Positions 37,011 to 46,628 of a DNA stretch of 64,000 nt are shown piece by piece; position 1 is the stretch's first letter, and each line of letters opens with the position of its first letter. The DNA is from a virus (Duplodnaviria > Caudoviricetes), in the IMG/VR virus record IMGVR_UViG_3300045837_000213, positions 29,432 through 93,431 of that record; one strand, 5' to 3'. A program made the position numbers and the translations under genes. The notes under the pieces are model-generated. The model saw nothing but the letters and a program-made list of their open reading frames with translations. It searched no databases and was not told the DNA's origin.

Positions 37011-38270
37011 TCAGGCGACTTGCGCTGCCGCGTGTGGGTCATTCTTGTGGCGGAGGAGGTGCTGCTGGAGCGAAGCCACCGAGACGGCTGCCTCCGCCCT
37101 CTCGGAGAAGGCGGTAGCCAGCCCGGGCGCGTGGCCGGGGAAGAAGTGTGAGAAGAGGCGCGCGGCCTGCTCGCGCGTCGCGTTGCCGAATTCCACCTCG
37201 ACGTCCACCCTGCCGGGCCGGATGAGAGCCGGGTCGAGGCGCTCCTTGTGGTTGGTCTTCATGACGACGATGAGGCCCTCGCGCGCCGCGACGCCGTCGA
37301 GCGCGTTCAGCAGCCCCGAGAAGGTGATCCCGCGCTCCGAGTCCTTACCCTCCTTCAGCTCGCGACGCGCCGCCGCGTCCACGTCTTCGAGGAGGATGAC
37401 GGCGCCCTCCCTGGCCGTCGAGAAGAGTTGCGCGAGCGACTCGTCCGAGGGCACGCCGGCGAGCGAGAGCGCGTAGAGGTGGAGGCCCAGGTGTGAGGCG
37501 ACGGCGGCGATGACCGAACTCTTGCCGGAGCCGGGCACGCCGTGGAAGAGGTAGCCGCGCCGGTAGGGGATGCCGCGGCGCGTGTACCACTCGCGCGAAA
37601 CGAGGAACTCGTGCACGTCGGCGACGAGCATTTCGGTCGTGCCGCCGGGCAGGATGACGGAGTCGAGCGGTCGCGGCGGCACGGGCCCCGTCCGCTCCCA
37701 GCAGCCCCAGTTCGACGCGAACAGTTCCGGCTCGGCCTTCGCCGCCGACAGGAAGGACTCGCGCGCGTCCTCGATGATCTGCCTCGCCACCGACTGCGAA
37801 CGACCTATGACACGGATGTTATAAGTCTCGCGCCGCCGAAGTGCGGCGAACGCGCCCTCCTCGTGGGCGGGCCCAGCGCCGCCGCCCGACTGTTCGCGGT
37901 CACGGTGGAACCAGACGAGCCGCCCGCGGTAGACGAAGAAGTGATTGCCGGGGGCCGGCGTCAGCACCACGACCGGCTTCTGACCTTCTTTGCCGCGCGA
38001 AGTGGTCAGCGAGAGGCGCGTCGCGCGCCGCGAATAGGGGTGAGCGTCGAGCCACGCGGTCAGCCACTCGAAGGCCGGGTCGGAGTTCATCACGTCGACG
38101 GAGACGGTGAACCGCAGCTTGAGCCAGTTCCAGAGGTCGTTAGGCGCGCGGCGGAAGAGCGCCATCAGCGCGCCGACGGCCATCATGATGAGGCCGCCCG
38201 AAAGGAACGGGTTGCCGGCTGACGACGTGATTTCTGAAATTCCGTTCACCGAAGCAAACTCCTGAGGCAA
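37011..38270 (-). CDS. BCS1-like AAA+ ATPase
   Basis: TM segment; PAPGNHFFVYRG; GIPYRRGYLFHGVPGSGKSS, LLEDVD, TFSGLLNALDGV, LDPALIRPGRVD; start uncertain. Confidence 0.85.
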   Translation of the reverse strand: MPQEFASVNGISEITSSAGNPFLSGGLIMMAVGALMALFRRAPNDLWNWLKLRFTVSVDVMNSDPAFEWLTAWLDAHPYSRRATRLSLTTSRGKEGQKPVVVLTPAPGNHFFVYRGRLVWFHRDREQSGGGAGPAHEEGAFAALRRRETYNIRVIGRSQSVARQIIEDARESFLSAAKAEPELFASNWGCWERTGPVPPRPLDSVILPGGTTEMLVADVHEFLVSREWYTRRGIPYRRGYLFHGVPGSGKSSVIAAVASHLGLHLYALSLAGVPSDESLAQLFSTAREGAVILLEDVDAAARRELKEGKDSERGITFSGLLNALDGVAAREGLIVVMKTNHKERLDPALIRPGRVDVEVEFGNATREQAARLFSHFFPGHAPGLATAFSERAEAAVSVASLQQHLLRHKNDPHAAAQVA

Positions 38271-38328
38271 ACCGGCGGTGAGGGAGCAGTCCCGTCGGGG
38301 ACGGCGTGAGAAGTGCGCGCGGTGAGAG

Positions 38329-38973
38329 CTATGCCGCCGAAGGCAGCGGCCTGACCTCTATCCCGTCTCCCGGCAGACGCGTGACGGTCGCGCCCTTCCA
38401 CCCGTGTATGTCGCGCTGTGTTTCCACGGGTTTGCGGTACGGGACGCGGTCTGACTGCGACGCGATCAGCCTCTTGCGGCGGATGATCGCCTGGAGGAGG
38501 CGCAGCGACTTCGAGCGGAAGGCCGGGCAGACCCGCTTGAGGAAGGAGCGCGAGGCGCGCCCGGCGAGCAGCCCGTCTTCAACGGGGTCGGGCGTAAGCC
38601 GTGCGCGCGCTGCGGCGCGCATCCGGTTGCAACGCTTCTCGTCGTCGATGAAGGTTTGCGCGGCGTACAGCTCCGTCAGGGTCGCGCGGTCGCGGTGCTT
38701 CTTCGACCGGGCGAGAAGGCGCGCGCGCTTCGCCTGGTGGGCGCCGTACCCTTTGGGCAGCCCGCGCGTGTTCTTGCGCGCGCCGCCGAGTTCGGCGTTG
38801 CGGATGTCGCGGACGAAGCGGGCGGCGATCGCGCCCTCGAAGGTGCCGGGCCGCGCGCTCACCTCCGCGTCGAGGCTCTCGCGCGCGGCCTTCGTGCGCC
38901 CGTCAGAGGCGGCCTGGCCGTAGAGCGACGAGACGGCGTGCTTGAATTTGGAGAAGAGTTGTTTGAGCTTCAT
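38329..38973 (-). CDS. hypothetical basic protein
   Basis: GAGGAG RBS; operon orientation. Confidence 0.5.
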   Translation of the reverse strand: MKLKQLFSKFKHAVSSLYGQAASDGRTKAARESLDAEVSARPGTFEGAIAARFVRDIRNAELGGARKNTRGLPKGYGAHQAKRARLLARSKKHRDRATLTELYAAQTFIDDEKRCNRMRAAARARLTPDPVEDGLLAGRASRSFLKRVCPAFRSKSLRLLQAIIRRKRLIASQSDRVPYRKPVETQRDIHGWKGATVTRLPGDGIEVRPLPSAA

Positions 38974-39030
38974 CGGGCGGGGTTGCTCCTCTGTTGGTCT
39001 TGCTGAAGGGAAGGTCGGGGCGGAGTGAAT

Positions 39031-39726
39031 CTAGCGGCGGCTCCTGCTCCTCTGGATGAGGTTGTAGAACTCGGCGCGCGCCGACGGGCGGAGCAGGAAC
39101 TGGCCGCGCAGCACGGCGTTGTTCATCGAGCCGGGCGTGCGGATGCCGCGCATCGTCATGCAGGTGTGCATGCCGTTCTCGCAAAGCACCGCGACGTCGC
39201 GCATCCGCGTGACCGCCATGACCTCGTCGGCGATCTGCTCGGCGATTGACTCCTGAGTCTGGAGCCGGTGGCAGACCTGGTGGGCGATGCGCGCGAACTT
39301 CGAGAGGCCGAGCACGCGCCCCTGCGCGATGTAGCCGACCGAGATGTCGGTGTAGAAGGGGAGCATGTGGTGCGCGCAGATAGACCACATCCTCATGTCG
39401 GAGACCGTGACCATCTGGCCGGTGACTTTCTCCTCGGCGAACGAGGTATCTACAGTGCCCGGGTCCCAGCCGAGGAATTCCTTGTAGAAGCGGGCGACGC
39501 GGCGTGGCGTGTCGCGCAGGTCTTCGCGCGAGAGATCCTGGCCGGTCGCTTCGAGGATCATGCGGACGGCGATCTCGATGGTCGTCGTGTCAACCTGGCC
39601 GGACTCTTTGGCATAGTCGTCGTAGCCGTCTTCGATTTCGCCGGTGTCGCGGGCCTCGTCGATTCGCCCCGTGAACAAAGAGGCAAGGTGCTCGACGTTG
39701 ATCTCGTTTCTTTTCTGCTTGTCCAT
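39031..39726 (-). CDS. folE: GTP cyclohydrolase I
   Basis: DTPRRVAR, SICAHHMLPF, GLSKFARI, RLQTQE, HTCMTMRG. Confidence 0.95.
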   Translation of the reverse strand: MDKQKRNEINVEHLASLFTGRIDEARDTGEIEDGYDDYAKESGQVDTTTIEIAVRMILEATGQDLSREDLRDTPRRVARFYKEFLGWDPGTVDTSFAEEKVTGQMVTVSDMRMWSICAHHMLPFYTDISVGYIAQGRVLGLSKFARIAHQVCHRLQTQESIAEQIADEVMAVTRMRDVAVLCENGMHTCMTMRGIRTPGSMNNAVLRGQFLLRPSARAEFYNLIQRSRSRR

Positions 39727-39762
39727 CAGTCCGTGAATGGGGTGTGGCGCGGTGTGGGTGAG

Positions 39763-39960
39763 TCAGTCTTGTCTTGTAACGCGCGGGTCGGGCCGGAGGA
39801 GGTTGTTGCGGACTTCGTAGTCGCGGGTTTCGCCGTCCGTGTTCGCGGGGTGGATGTAGAAGCTGACGCGCCCGCGCTCGTCAATGCCGGCGCGCAGCGT
39901 GTGGTCGATGACGCCGCGCGCCAGGGCGTCTTTAAGATACTTTTCGAGCGTCTTGTCCAT
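39763..39960 (-). CDS. hypothetical protein
   Basis: Operon orientation; AAGGAG upstream. Confidence 0.55.
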   Translation of the reverse strand: MDKTLEKYLKDALARGVIDHTLRAGIDERGRVSFYIHPANTDGETRDYEVRNNLLRPDPRVTRQD

Positions 39961-39974
39961 CGGAGGAGTGCTCC

Positions 39975-40526
39975 TTAGCGGCGGATGATCACTTCGCCTT
40001 CGGCGTCAATCTCGACGTCGGCGACGGCCTCGAGGGAGATCACGGGGAGTTCGCGGGCGTTGACGTCAACGGTCACGCGGCGGAGGAAATTTGTGATCTC
40101 GGTCTCGCCGACGAAAACGCGCGTATCCTTGCCGTGCGCCCCGACAAAGACCTTCATGCGCGCCCGCGCATGAAGGTCTTTGTCGGGGCGCCTCCTCGAC
40201 GATCTGGCGGTGCTGGGGTTGTCACTCGCCGCGAGCGCTTCGACGAGGCGCGGGCAGTCGGCGATCTCGACCTCTTCCGGCTCGGCCCGTTTCCTTTTCT
40301 CGACCTCGCGCCGCTCGAAGCGGAGCATGAGCAAATAGCTCGTCTGATCTATTTCGCACTCGACGGCCTCAGCTCCGAAGGGCGTCGTGTCGAGCAGGTT
40401 TAAGCTCACGTAGATGTCGGTGACCTGCGCCGCGCCGCTCTCGATGTCGTCGGCAAGTTTGCGCAGTTGTGAGGCGGCAGCACTCTGCGCTTCCGGCTCC
40501 AATGCGTTGATTGAAGTTTTTCTCAT
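39975..40526 (-). CDS. hypothetical protein (contains a 56-bp palindrome)
   Basis: ORF in operon orientation. Confidence 0.5.
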   Translation of the reverse strand: MRKTSINALEPEAQSAAASQLRKLADDIESGAAQVTDIYVSLNLLDTTPFGAEAVECEIDQTSYLLMLRFERREVEKRKRAEPEEVEIADCPRLVEALAASDNPSTARSSRRRPDKDLHARARMKVFVGAHGKDTRVFVGETEITNFLRRVTVDVNARELPVISLEAVADVEIDAEGEVIIRR

Positions 40527-40554
40527 TCTGAGCCCTTTACTTCTTCGCCGCGCG

Positions 40555-40701
40555 TCATCGGTTGTTTTCGGAGAGGAGGTCGCGCCAGAAAGCGGCTGTC
40601 TCCGACAGTTCGTCGGGTCGCGCGACCTCGTGCGAAAAGGCCAGAGTGCCGTCGAGGTCGACGCCGATCCACCCGCGCTCGCTATCGTTTTGGTTTCCCA
40701 A
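40555..40701 (-). pseudogene. truncated HAD-phosphatase-like remnant (48 aa)
   Basis: Hand translation MGNQNDSERGWIGVDLDGTLAF...; HAD motif I only. Confidence 0.55.
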
Positions 40702-40707
40702 AGTAAC

Positions 40708-41499
40708 TTACCTGCCTTGCTCGTTCTTCCACAGCAACGTGTGCAACTGCGGGATTATCGAGACGTCATGCCAGCGGTCTTTCGCCGCGCGCTCCACGAC
40801 CCAGCGGGCGCGCTCGAGCACGCCCTCCGTGTCGAACTCGTGTTCGCCGTCCCTGTTCCACCGCGCGCCGGCTGGCGGCGTATGGTTGCCCGGCGTGACG
40901 AAGAAGGGGATCGAGAGCGGGCGCGCGAAGTGCTCGCAGACGGCGCGCGCGAACTCGTAATCCTCCTCGCTCATCACGACCACCTTCAGCGACAGGTGCG
41001 TGTGACGCGGCTCCGCGCCGACTATGCGGATGCGCGCCGCGTTGACGCAGTCGCGCAGGCGCCACGGCCTGAAGAGGACGCCTGAGCTGGGCGGCTTCGG
41101 GCTGAGGACGATGTGGTCGAGCCGGTTGAACCAGGGCTTCGCGACGTTCCCCTGAGTCTCCATCGAGAAGGCGTAGCCGAGTTCGCGCCCGACGTCTAAG
41201 AGAGCGTGCAGAGGCTGGAGCGCGGGATTGCCGCCCGAGAGCGTGACCAGGCACGGGACGCCCCCGGAAAGGCGGCAGACTTCGAGCATGACCTCGTCAG
41301 CCGTCATCGGCTTCCAGTCGCCTTTGTGAGCGGGGTCGACGGCGTGCATCGAGTCGCACCAGGCGCAGCGGTCGTTGCAGCCGCCCGTGCGGACGAAGAC
41401 CGTCATGCGCCCGGCCTGGGCGCCTTCGCCGCTCAGAGTCGGGCCGAAAATCTCGGAGATTAAAATCGTGTCTCTCACTTCTTGAGGCACCGCTTGCAC
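40708..41499 (-). CDS. queE: 7-carboxy-7-deazaguanine synthase (radical SAM)
   Basis: EIFGPTLSGEG, FVRTGGCNDRCAWCDS, SGGNP, METQG, LSPKPPSS, PQLH. Confidence 0.95.
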   Translation of the reverse strand: MQAVPQEVRDTILISEIFGPTLSGEGAQAGRMTVFVRTGGCNDRCAWCDSMHAVDPAHKGDWKPMTADEVMLEVCRLSGGVPCLVTLSGGNPALQPLHALLDVGRELGYAFSMETQGNVAKPWFNRLDHIVLSPKPPSSGVLFRPWRLRDCVNAARIRIVGAEPRHTHLSLKVVVMSEEDYEFARAVCEHFARPLSIPFFVTPGNHTPPAGARWNRDGEHEFDTEGVLERARWVVERAAKDRWHDVSIIPQLHTLLWKNEQGR

Positions 41500-42107
41500 G
41501 TGACGAGCCTTTCTTCCCTCGTGCCGGTGATCTGCATTGATGACCAGCGCCGCCAGCGCCGGCGGTCGTCAATGCCGCAGGCCGTGCGCGGCGGCCTGCC
41601 GACCAATTTATGAATCGCGCCGAGTTTCATCGGAAAAGGAAAGTCCATGCCGGCGCTGACGGGTGCTGGAGCCGCCAGAGGGCGAAGTCGATCAGCCACG
41701 AGGCGGCGAGGATGATTGCAGCCGCGAGCACGACGCGGGCGGGGCCCAGATTCGCGGCATGTCTTCTCATTTGTGGAAGCTGTTAAAGAGCGGCGAGACG
41801 CAGAGGCCGTTGATGAAGACGGCGACGATGGGGAGGCCGACCCCGTAGTCGGGTATGGCCTGGACGACGTGGACGCTCTCGCGCCTCCATTCGGCGGTGC
41901 AGAACTCGACCATCTCCTCGCGCGACTTCACGGTCGCGACAGCCTGGTAAGCGCCCGTGCGCTTGTCGAAAGTCTCGATGCTGTAAGTGGTCATTCGTTC
42001 AGGCCGCAATAAACGGTCACGATCTCGCAAAACGCCGTCGGGGCCGACGATGAAGCGGCGGCAGGGGACGAGGGTCGGCAGTCGGGTGGCTACGGCGGGC
42101 ATCGGGT

Positions 42108-43094
42108 TCAGCCGAGGAATCGGGCCCACGCCTTCGCCGAGGCGCGGTCGTAAGCGCGGAGCGCGCGCCGGTTGAGCCACGCTCCGAAGCGCCCGAAGGA
42201 GAGGGCCGTCCGCAGCGCGGCGACCTGGTCGCCGACGTCGTTCGGGTCGGCCTGGAACAGCCACGGCACCCAGGAGATCGCCGGGCTGACGACGACGGGC
42301 GTGCCCGCGGCGACGGCGTCAGCCGTGACGATGTTGAAGGTCTCCGTGTAGCTGACCTGCATCAGCACGTCCATCTCCGCGAGCACGGAGAGGAACTGTT
42401 CGTGCGGGTACCACTCGTGCTCGACGAGACGGTGGGGCCCCGCGGCGAAGAGCGCGCGCAGGTTCTTCAGCGCCTCGGCGCCGCGCTGCTCGACCCTCGC
42501 CGCGTTGACGTGGAAGCGGAGGGTTTTACCTTCCTCCTCGGCGAAGTGGATGGCCGCTACCGCCTGGTTGAGCTGGTTCTTCAGCGGGCGGATCGCGCCG
42601 AAGCAGCCGACATCGAGGGCGCGGGAATCAGTGAAGCGGCGCGGGAGTCTACCGGCGGGCGCGGGGTAGCGGTTCGGCAGGTACGTGACCTCGCGCGAGA
42701 GGACGAGGGAGAGTTCGCGCGCCGTGTCCGCGGCGTTCGCGGCGACGGCGACTTTCCGGTCGTAGCGGCGGAGCCAGTCGAGCGCGATCCCCTCCTCGGC
42801 GAGGAACGGCGTCTTGCTGTGCACGCGCACGACCCAGCGGACGCGCGGGTGCAGCCGGACGAGCACGGCCATCTTTTCGGGGACGACCCACAGCGCATCG
42901 ACGACGACCACGTCGGGGCGCTCCCGCGCGACGAGGCCGTCGATGGAGTTGTTGTCGACGACTTCGCGCACCAAAGCGAGGTGCCCTTCGCAGTTGAGCG
43001 CGAAGGCGGCGAGCCGCGCCGAGTTCAAGAGGCCCCATGAGTTGCCGGAGCCGGCCATGCGCCGGTGCTCTTTGATGATGAAAAGAATCTTCAC
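42108..43094 (-). CDS. glycosyltransferase (GT-B, family 4-like)
   Basis: GCFGAIRPLKNQ; QVSYTETFNIVTADAVAAGTPVV. Confidence 0.8.
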   Translation of the reverse strand: MKILFIIKEHRRMAGSGNSWGLLNSARLAAFALNCEGHLALVREVVDNNSIDGLVARERPDVVVVDALWVVPEKMAVLVRLHPRVRWVVRVHSKTPFLAEEGIALDWLRRYDRKVAVAANAADTARELSLVLSREVTYLPNRYPAPAGRLPRRFTDSRALDVGCFGAIRPLKNQLNQAVAAIHFAEEEGKTLRFHVNAARVEQRGAEALKNLRALFAAGPHRLVEHEWYPHEQFLSVLAEMDVLMQVSYTETFNIVTADAVAAGTPVVVSPAISWVPWLFQADPNDVGDQVAALRTALSFGRFGAWLNRRALRAYDRASAKAWARFLG

Positions 43095-43152
43095 TTGCTG
43101 TCCCTTGAAGGCGGGCGGAGGAAAGTCGGGGCGCGATTACAGCGGGCGGCGG

Positions 43153-43635
43153 TTAAAGGATGGAGTCGGAGAGAAGTTCCTGAAGGCTGAAGATGAAGTC
43201 GTCCGACCTCGCGCCGCGGAACTGGACGACTGTGCGAGAGTGCTCCTCGCAGACGACGATTCGGGACGGGAGGTCGGCCCTGAATTCGCTCACGGTCTTC
43301 CCCGGCGTCTCGCTGACGCGCACGGCGACGACCGGCCACGCCTGCGTCCCCGCGACCCACTCGAAGATGTGGCGCGCGAGGTTCTCGGCGGTCGGGTTGA
43401 AGGAGAACTGCTCGTTCAGGTCGCGGTGATCCATGCGCGACGTGAGGTATTCGGCGAGCGGATTGAGGCCGCCGTAGTCGACGACGAAGCCGTGCTCGTT
43501 AAGCTCGTCGGACGAGATCTCGACCTCGACCTCGTAATTATGCCCATGCTTGCGCCCGCACTGGTGGCCGTCGGGCATACCGACGAGCTGGTGCGAGGCG
43601 GCGAAGGGGCCCAATTTTTTTATGATCGTGTACAT
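43153..43635 (-). CDS. queD: 6-carboxytetrahydropterin synthase
   Basis: FAASH, CGRKHGHNY, DHRDLN, PTAENLA, VSETP. Confidence 0.95.
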   Translation of the reverse strand: MYTIIKKLGPFAASHQLVGMPDGHQCGRKHGHNYEVEVEISSDELNEHGFVVDYGGLNPLAEYLTSRMDHRDLNEQFSFNPTAENLARHIFEWVAGTQAWPVVAVRVSETPGKTVSEFRADLPSRIVVCEEHSRTVVQFRGARSDDFIFSLQELLSDSIL

Positions 43636-43732
43636 GAGAGTGAAAGGGATGCCGAGTCTTCTCCGACTATCGGCGTCACGGTCGCCCCGGTACGGCCTCG
43701 TGCAGCGTGTGCGGGGCGCGGTGATCTCAATT

Positions 43733-44503
43733 TCAGTCCAGGCCTCCGAGGACGGCCATCTCCCTGCGCCAACGGAAGCGCGCGCGGCGCTCAAGTTCCA
43801 GGTACCAGTCGACTTCCGCGCGCAAGTTCGTGTTCTCGCTCCCGCGCACGCTCATCCTCCCGCCGTATGAGAGCCAGCGCCCGAACTTCGACGGCCCCAC
43901 GAGCCACGTCGTCGCGTCCACCGAGTGCCAGGGGAGCGCCATCAACTGGCGCTCGCTGCCGAAGCCGAAGCCGTGAATCTTTTTGGGCCAGACGCGTGCG
44001 AAGCACTGCTCGGCCCACTGGAGCTTCGAGGCGGCGTTGGCGTAGGCGACGCCTCCGAGGGCGATGCGCGGGTAGTCGCGCGCCATCTGCTCGAGTGCCT
44101 CCCACGGCTCGCCGGCGTGGAAGCAGGGGATTGCGGGGACGCCCTGGCGCCACATCTCCTCTGTGTTGCGGAGTGAGGCTTTCCAGTCGCCGATCACGTC
44201 GAGCGCGAAGACGCCGGTGAGTTGTTTGTCTTCCGCGAGCAGTTTTTTGGCGAGGTCGATGTAGTCCTGGAGCTTGATCTCCGTGCCGCTGTTGTAGGCG
44301 GAGAAGGCCCCGGAGTCGAGCACGTAGTCGCGGAAGGTGATGTCGGGGCGGGCCAGCTCGAACTGGTGGAGATAGACGTAGGAGACGAGGAGCGCCGGGA
44401 CGGGTTCGCCCGCTGGCCGCGCGCAGAGTCCCGACTTGAGGACCTGGTTCGCGCCGCCGAAGGCGAGGCGTACTGTCGGGGCTTGTAACTCGTCACTCAT
44501 CAC
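43733..44503 (-). CDS. TGT/DpdA-like transglycosylase
   Basis: LDSGAFSA, LDVIGD, PCFH.GE, IALGG, KIHGFG, SVDATTW; adjacent to queD. Confidence 0.75.
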   Translation of the reverse strand: MMSDELQAPTVRLAFGGANQVLKSGLCARPAGEPVPALLVSYVYLHQFELARPDITFRDYVLDSGAFSAYNSGTEIKLQDYIDLAKKLLAEDKQLTGVFALDVIGDWKASLRNTEEMWRQGVPAIPCFHAGEPWEALEQMARDYPRIALGGVAYANAASKLQWAEQCFARVWPKKIHGFGFGSERQLMALPWHSVDATTWLVGPSKFGRWLSYGGRMSVRGSENTNLRAEVDWYLELERRARFRWRREMAVLGGLD

Positions 44504-44557
44504 TCGTCACTCGTCGCCTGTGGCTCTTATGCAAATATGCGAGTCGAATTCGCATAA

Positions 44558-45439
44558 TCATTCGCAGCCGGGCGTGTCTTCTTCTTCCGACTCCGGCAGT
44601 GTCCCGCGCACGCGCTCGAACTCGGCGAGCGCCTCGTCGCGCGACGGTGCGCCGCTCAGATAATCCGCGGCGAACAATTCCACGCAGCGCCCTTCGCTCA
44701 AACTCATATCGCCGCTGACGAGCCGGACGCGCTCGACGGCTTGGTCGATCACAGTTCTCATGTTTGGGGTCACTATGATCGGAGCGCAGCGGTCGGCGCG
44801 GTCGCCCTCTTCCAAATCAGTATGGGGGTCTTCGGAGCCGCGTTGCTTCGGCGCGCGCTGGCCCTCCAACACTTCGGCGGGCTTCCACTCGGCGTTGAGG
44901 AGCGGCTTCAGCTCGTGATCGTCGAAGCCGAACTCTTCGCCCGAGAATTCGAGATCGCCGCCGTCGAACTCGTCCTTGGAAGACTGGATGTTTTCGGCGA
45001 GCTGCCTGTAGTCCCACTGAGAGGAGAGACCCGTGGCGTTGTCGGCCACGGCGTAGGCTGTCGCCTCCGCGCCTTCGAGGTTCGAGACCTCGTACCAGAT
45101 GTGCGACCAGCCTTCGAGTTCGGCGGACTCGTGCGTGCCGTTGCCCTTCAGAATCTTCCCCGCGCGGTCGACGATGATCGGCGACTGCTGGCCGCGCGCG
45201 CCGCGCCGCAGCGAGGCCCTGATGTGGCGGAGGTTTTTGTCCTGGTGAAGCCTCGCATTCTGCGGGTCGCGCGTGAAGGCGGAGAGCGGCGCGATCAGCC
45301 GGCGCGGGTCCGGGTGCGTCGGCTCGCCGTGGTACGGCGGATAGACGAGCACCCCGAAGTCGACCGCCGGCGTCTCGACCGGGGCCGAATCTTCTACGCG
45401 AGCGCTCACGTATTCTTTTTCTTCGCCGCTTCTCTTCAT
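44558..45439 (-). CDS. ParB/Srx-like N-terminal domain protein
   Basis: DPQNARLH...GQQSPIIVD...GNGT...AYAVADN. Confidence 0.8.
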   Translation of the reverse strand: MKRSGEEKEYVSARVEDSAPVETPAVDFGVLVYPPYHGEPTHPDPRRLIAPLSAFTRDPQNARLHQDKNLRHIRASLRRGARGQQSPIIVDRAGKILKGNGTHESAELEGWSHIWYEVSNLEGAEATAYAVADNATGLSSQWDYRQLAENIQSSKDEFDGGDLEFSGEEFGFDDHELKPLLNAEWKPAEVLEGQRAPKQRGSEDPHTDLEEGDRADRCAPIIVTPNMRTVIDQAVERVRLVSGDMSLSEGRCVELFAADYLSGAPSRDEALAEFERVRGTLPESEEEDTPGCE

Positions 45440-45771
45440 CGCGTCTTGGCGCGCCCGTCGAGGAGCGCCTTTCTCACCTCGCGCACGTCCGCCTGGATGG
45501 ACTTGAGCTGGTCTTCTTCGGACTGCCAGTGCGCCTCCTGCTCACCGCGCGGGACGATCTCGCGCTTCAACTCCTCGCGCTCCCGGACGCGGTCGAGCCG
45601 GTTCTGCTCGATGTTGTGTTCCGCCGTGCCGAGGCGCGAATAAAGCGTGCCGTAAGTGGCGCCGATGGTGACGAGTGTGCCCACGACGGCGATCAGCAGG
45701 GTGATCACAATGTGGGCCAGCTTGAGGTGTGAGGCGGCTGTGTGGCTGCCGGTCAGGTGAGTGCTTTCCAT
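45436..45771 (-). CDS. single-TM coiled-coil lysis-region protein (holin-like)
   Basis: One TM segment then coiled coil; in the lysis cassette. Confidence 0.5.
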   Translation of the reverse strand: MESTHLTGSHTAASHLKLAHIVITLLIAVVGTLVTIGATYGTLYSRLGTAEHNIEQNRLDRVREREELKREIVPRGEQEAHWQSEEDQLKSIQADVREVRKALLDGRAKTR

Positions 45772-45814
45772 GAGGTCGAGGGCCTTTCTTGAGGGGTCGT
45801 GCGGCGGCCTCCGG

Positions 45815-46264
45815 TCAGAGGCCGTAAATCTTGAGGAGGATGAGCGCGGCGTATCCGGCTTCGAGGAGGAGCTTCTGCTTCCGCAACTTCTTCACCTGCG
45901 CCCGTGCCTGGTCGCGCTCCGACGTCACTTCCCCGAGCTGCTGCTTCAACTCCGCGACGGCATCGTTGAGGCTCTTTACCTCCGCCTTCAGGCCGCCCAG
46001 TTCGAGCAGAACGTCCTTGTACGCCTCGGAGAGAGTCTGGCCGGAGCGCTCCATCGCGGCGACCTGCTCGTCGAGCGCTGAGATGCGCGCAGTCTTGACG
46101 GCGATCAAATCCTCGTCGGCACGCACGCGCTCGGCGAGGACTTTGATTACCTTATTTTTCTCGGCACCCGACAGGACGGACGTTGACTGACTTGAGTTCT
46201 GTGCAAACGTCGTCGTCAGTAATAGCAGGCTCGTCAGAAGTAGAGCGGCGGCTCGCTTCAACAT
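45815..46264 (-). CDS. secreted coiled-coil protein (spanin-like)
   Basis: Signal peptide; overlaps the upstream gene by about 110 nt. Confidence 0.5.
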   Translation of the reverse strand: MLKRAAALLLTSLLLLTTTFAQNSSQSTSVLSGAEKNKVIKVLAERVRADEDLIAVKTARISALDEQVAAMERSGQTLSEAYKDVLLELGGLKAEVKSLNDAVAELKQQLGEVTSERDQARAQVKKLRKQKLLLEAGYAALILLKIYGL

Positions 46265-46628
46265 AGCGGCGCGTGGCCTCCTCGTCCTTTATGCGCGCGT
46301 CTACCGCGCGGCTGCGGGCGCGCGTGACGGCGCGCTCCTGTTCCTGGTAGCGGCCTTCCGCCTCGCGCCGGTCGGCCTCCGCGTTCGCGGCGTCTCCGGC
46401 GGCCTTGTCCGCCGCGCCGAGGTCGGCTGAGACGTTCGCGTTGTGCTGAGAGTCGCGCCTCTCCGACGCGTTGCCCTGGAAGACGGCGCGCGCGGCCCCG
46501 AAGAGGAAGAGCGCGACGAGCACGAGAACAACGAGCGTCACGCCGACCGCTTTCCACTCGGTCGGGTTGAGGCTGTGCACGACGCGGACGACCTTCGAGG
46601 CGTCCGACTTCACGTCTTCAGCTTGCAA
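46152..46628 (-). CDS. i-spanin-like membrane protein
   Basis: N-terminal TM plus helical domain after the endolysin. Confidence 0.55.
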   Translation of the reverse strand: MQAEDVKSDASKVVRVVHSLNPTEWKAVGVTLVVLVLVALFLFGAARAVFQGNASERRDSQHNANVSADLGAADKAAGDAANAEADRREAEGRYQEQERAVTRARSRAVDARIKDEEATRRYVEASRRSTSDEPAITDDDVCTELKSVNVRPVGCREK

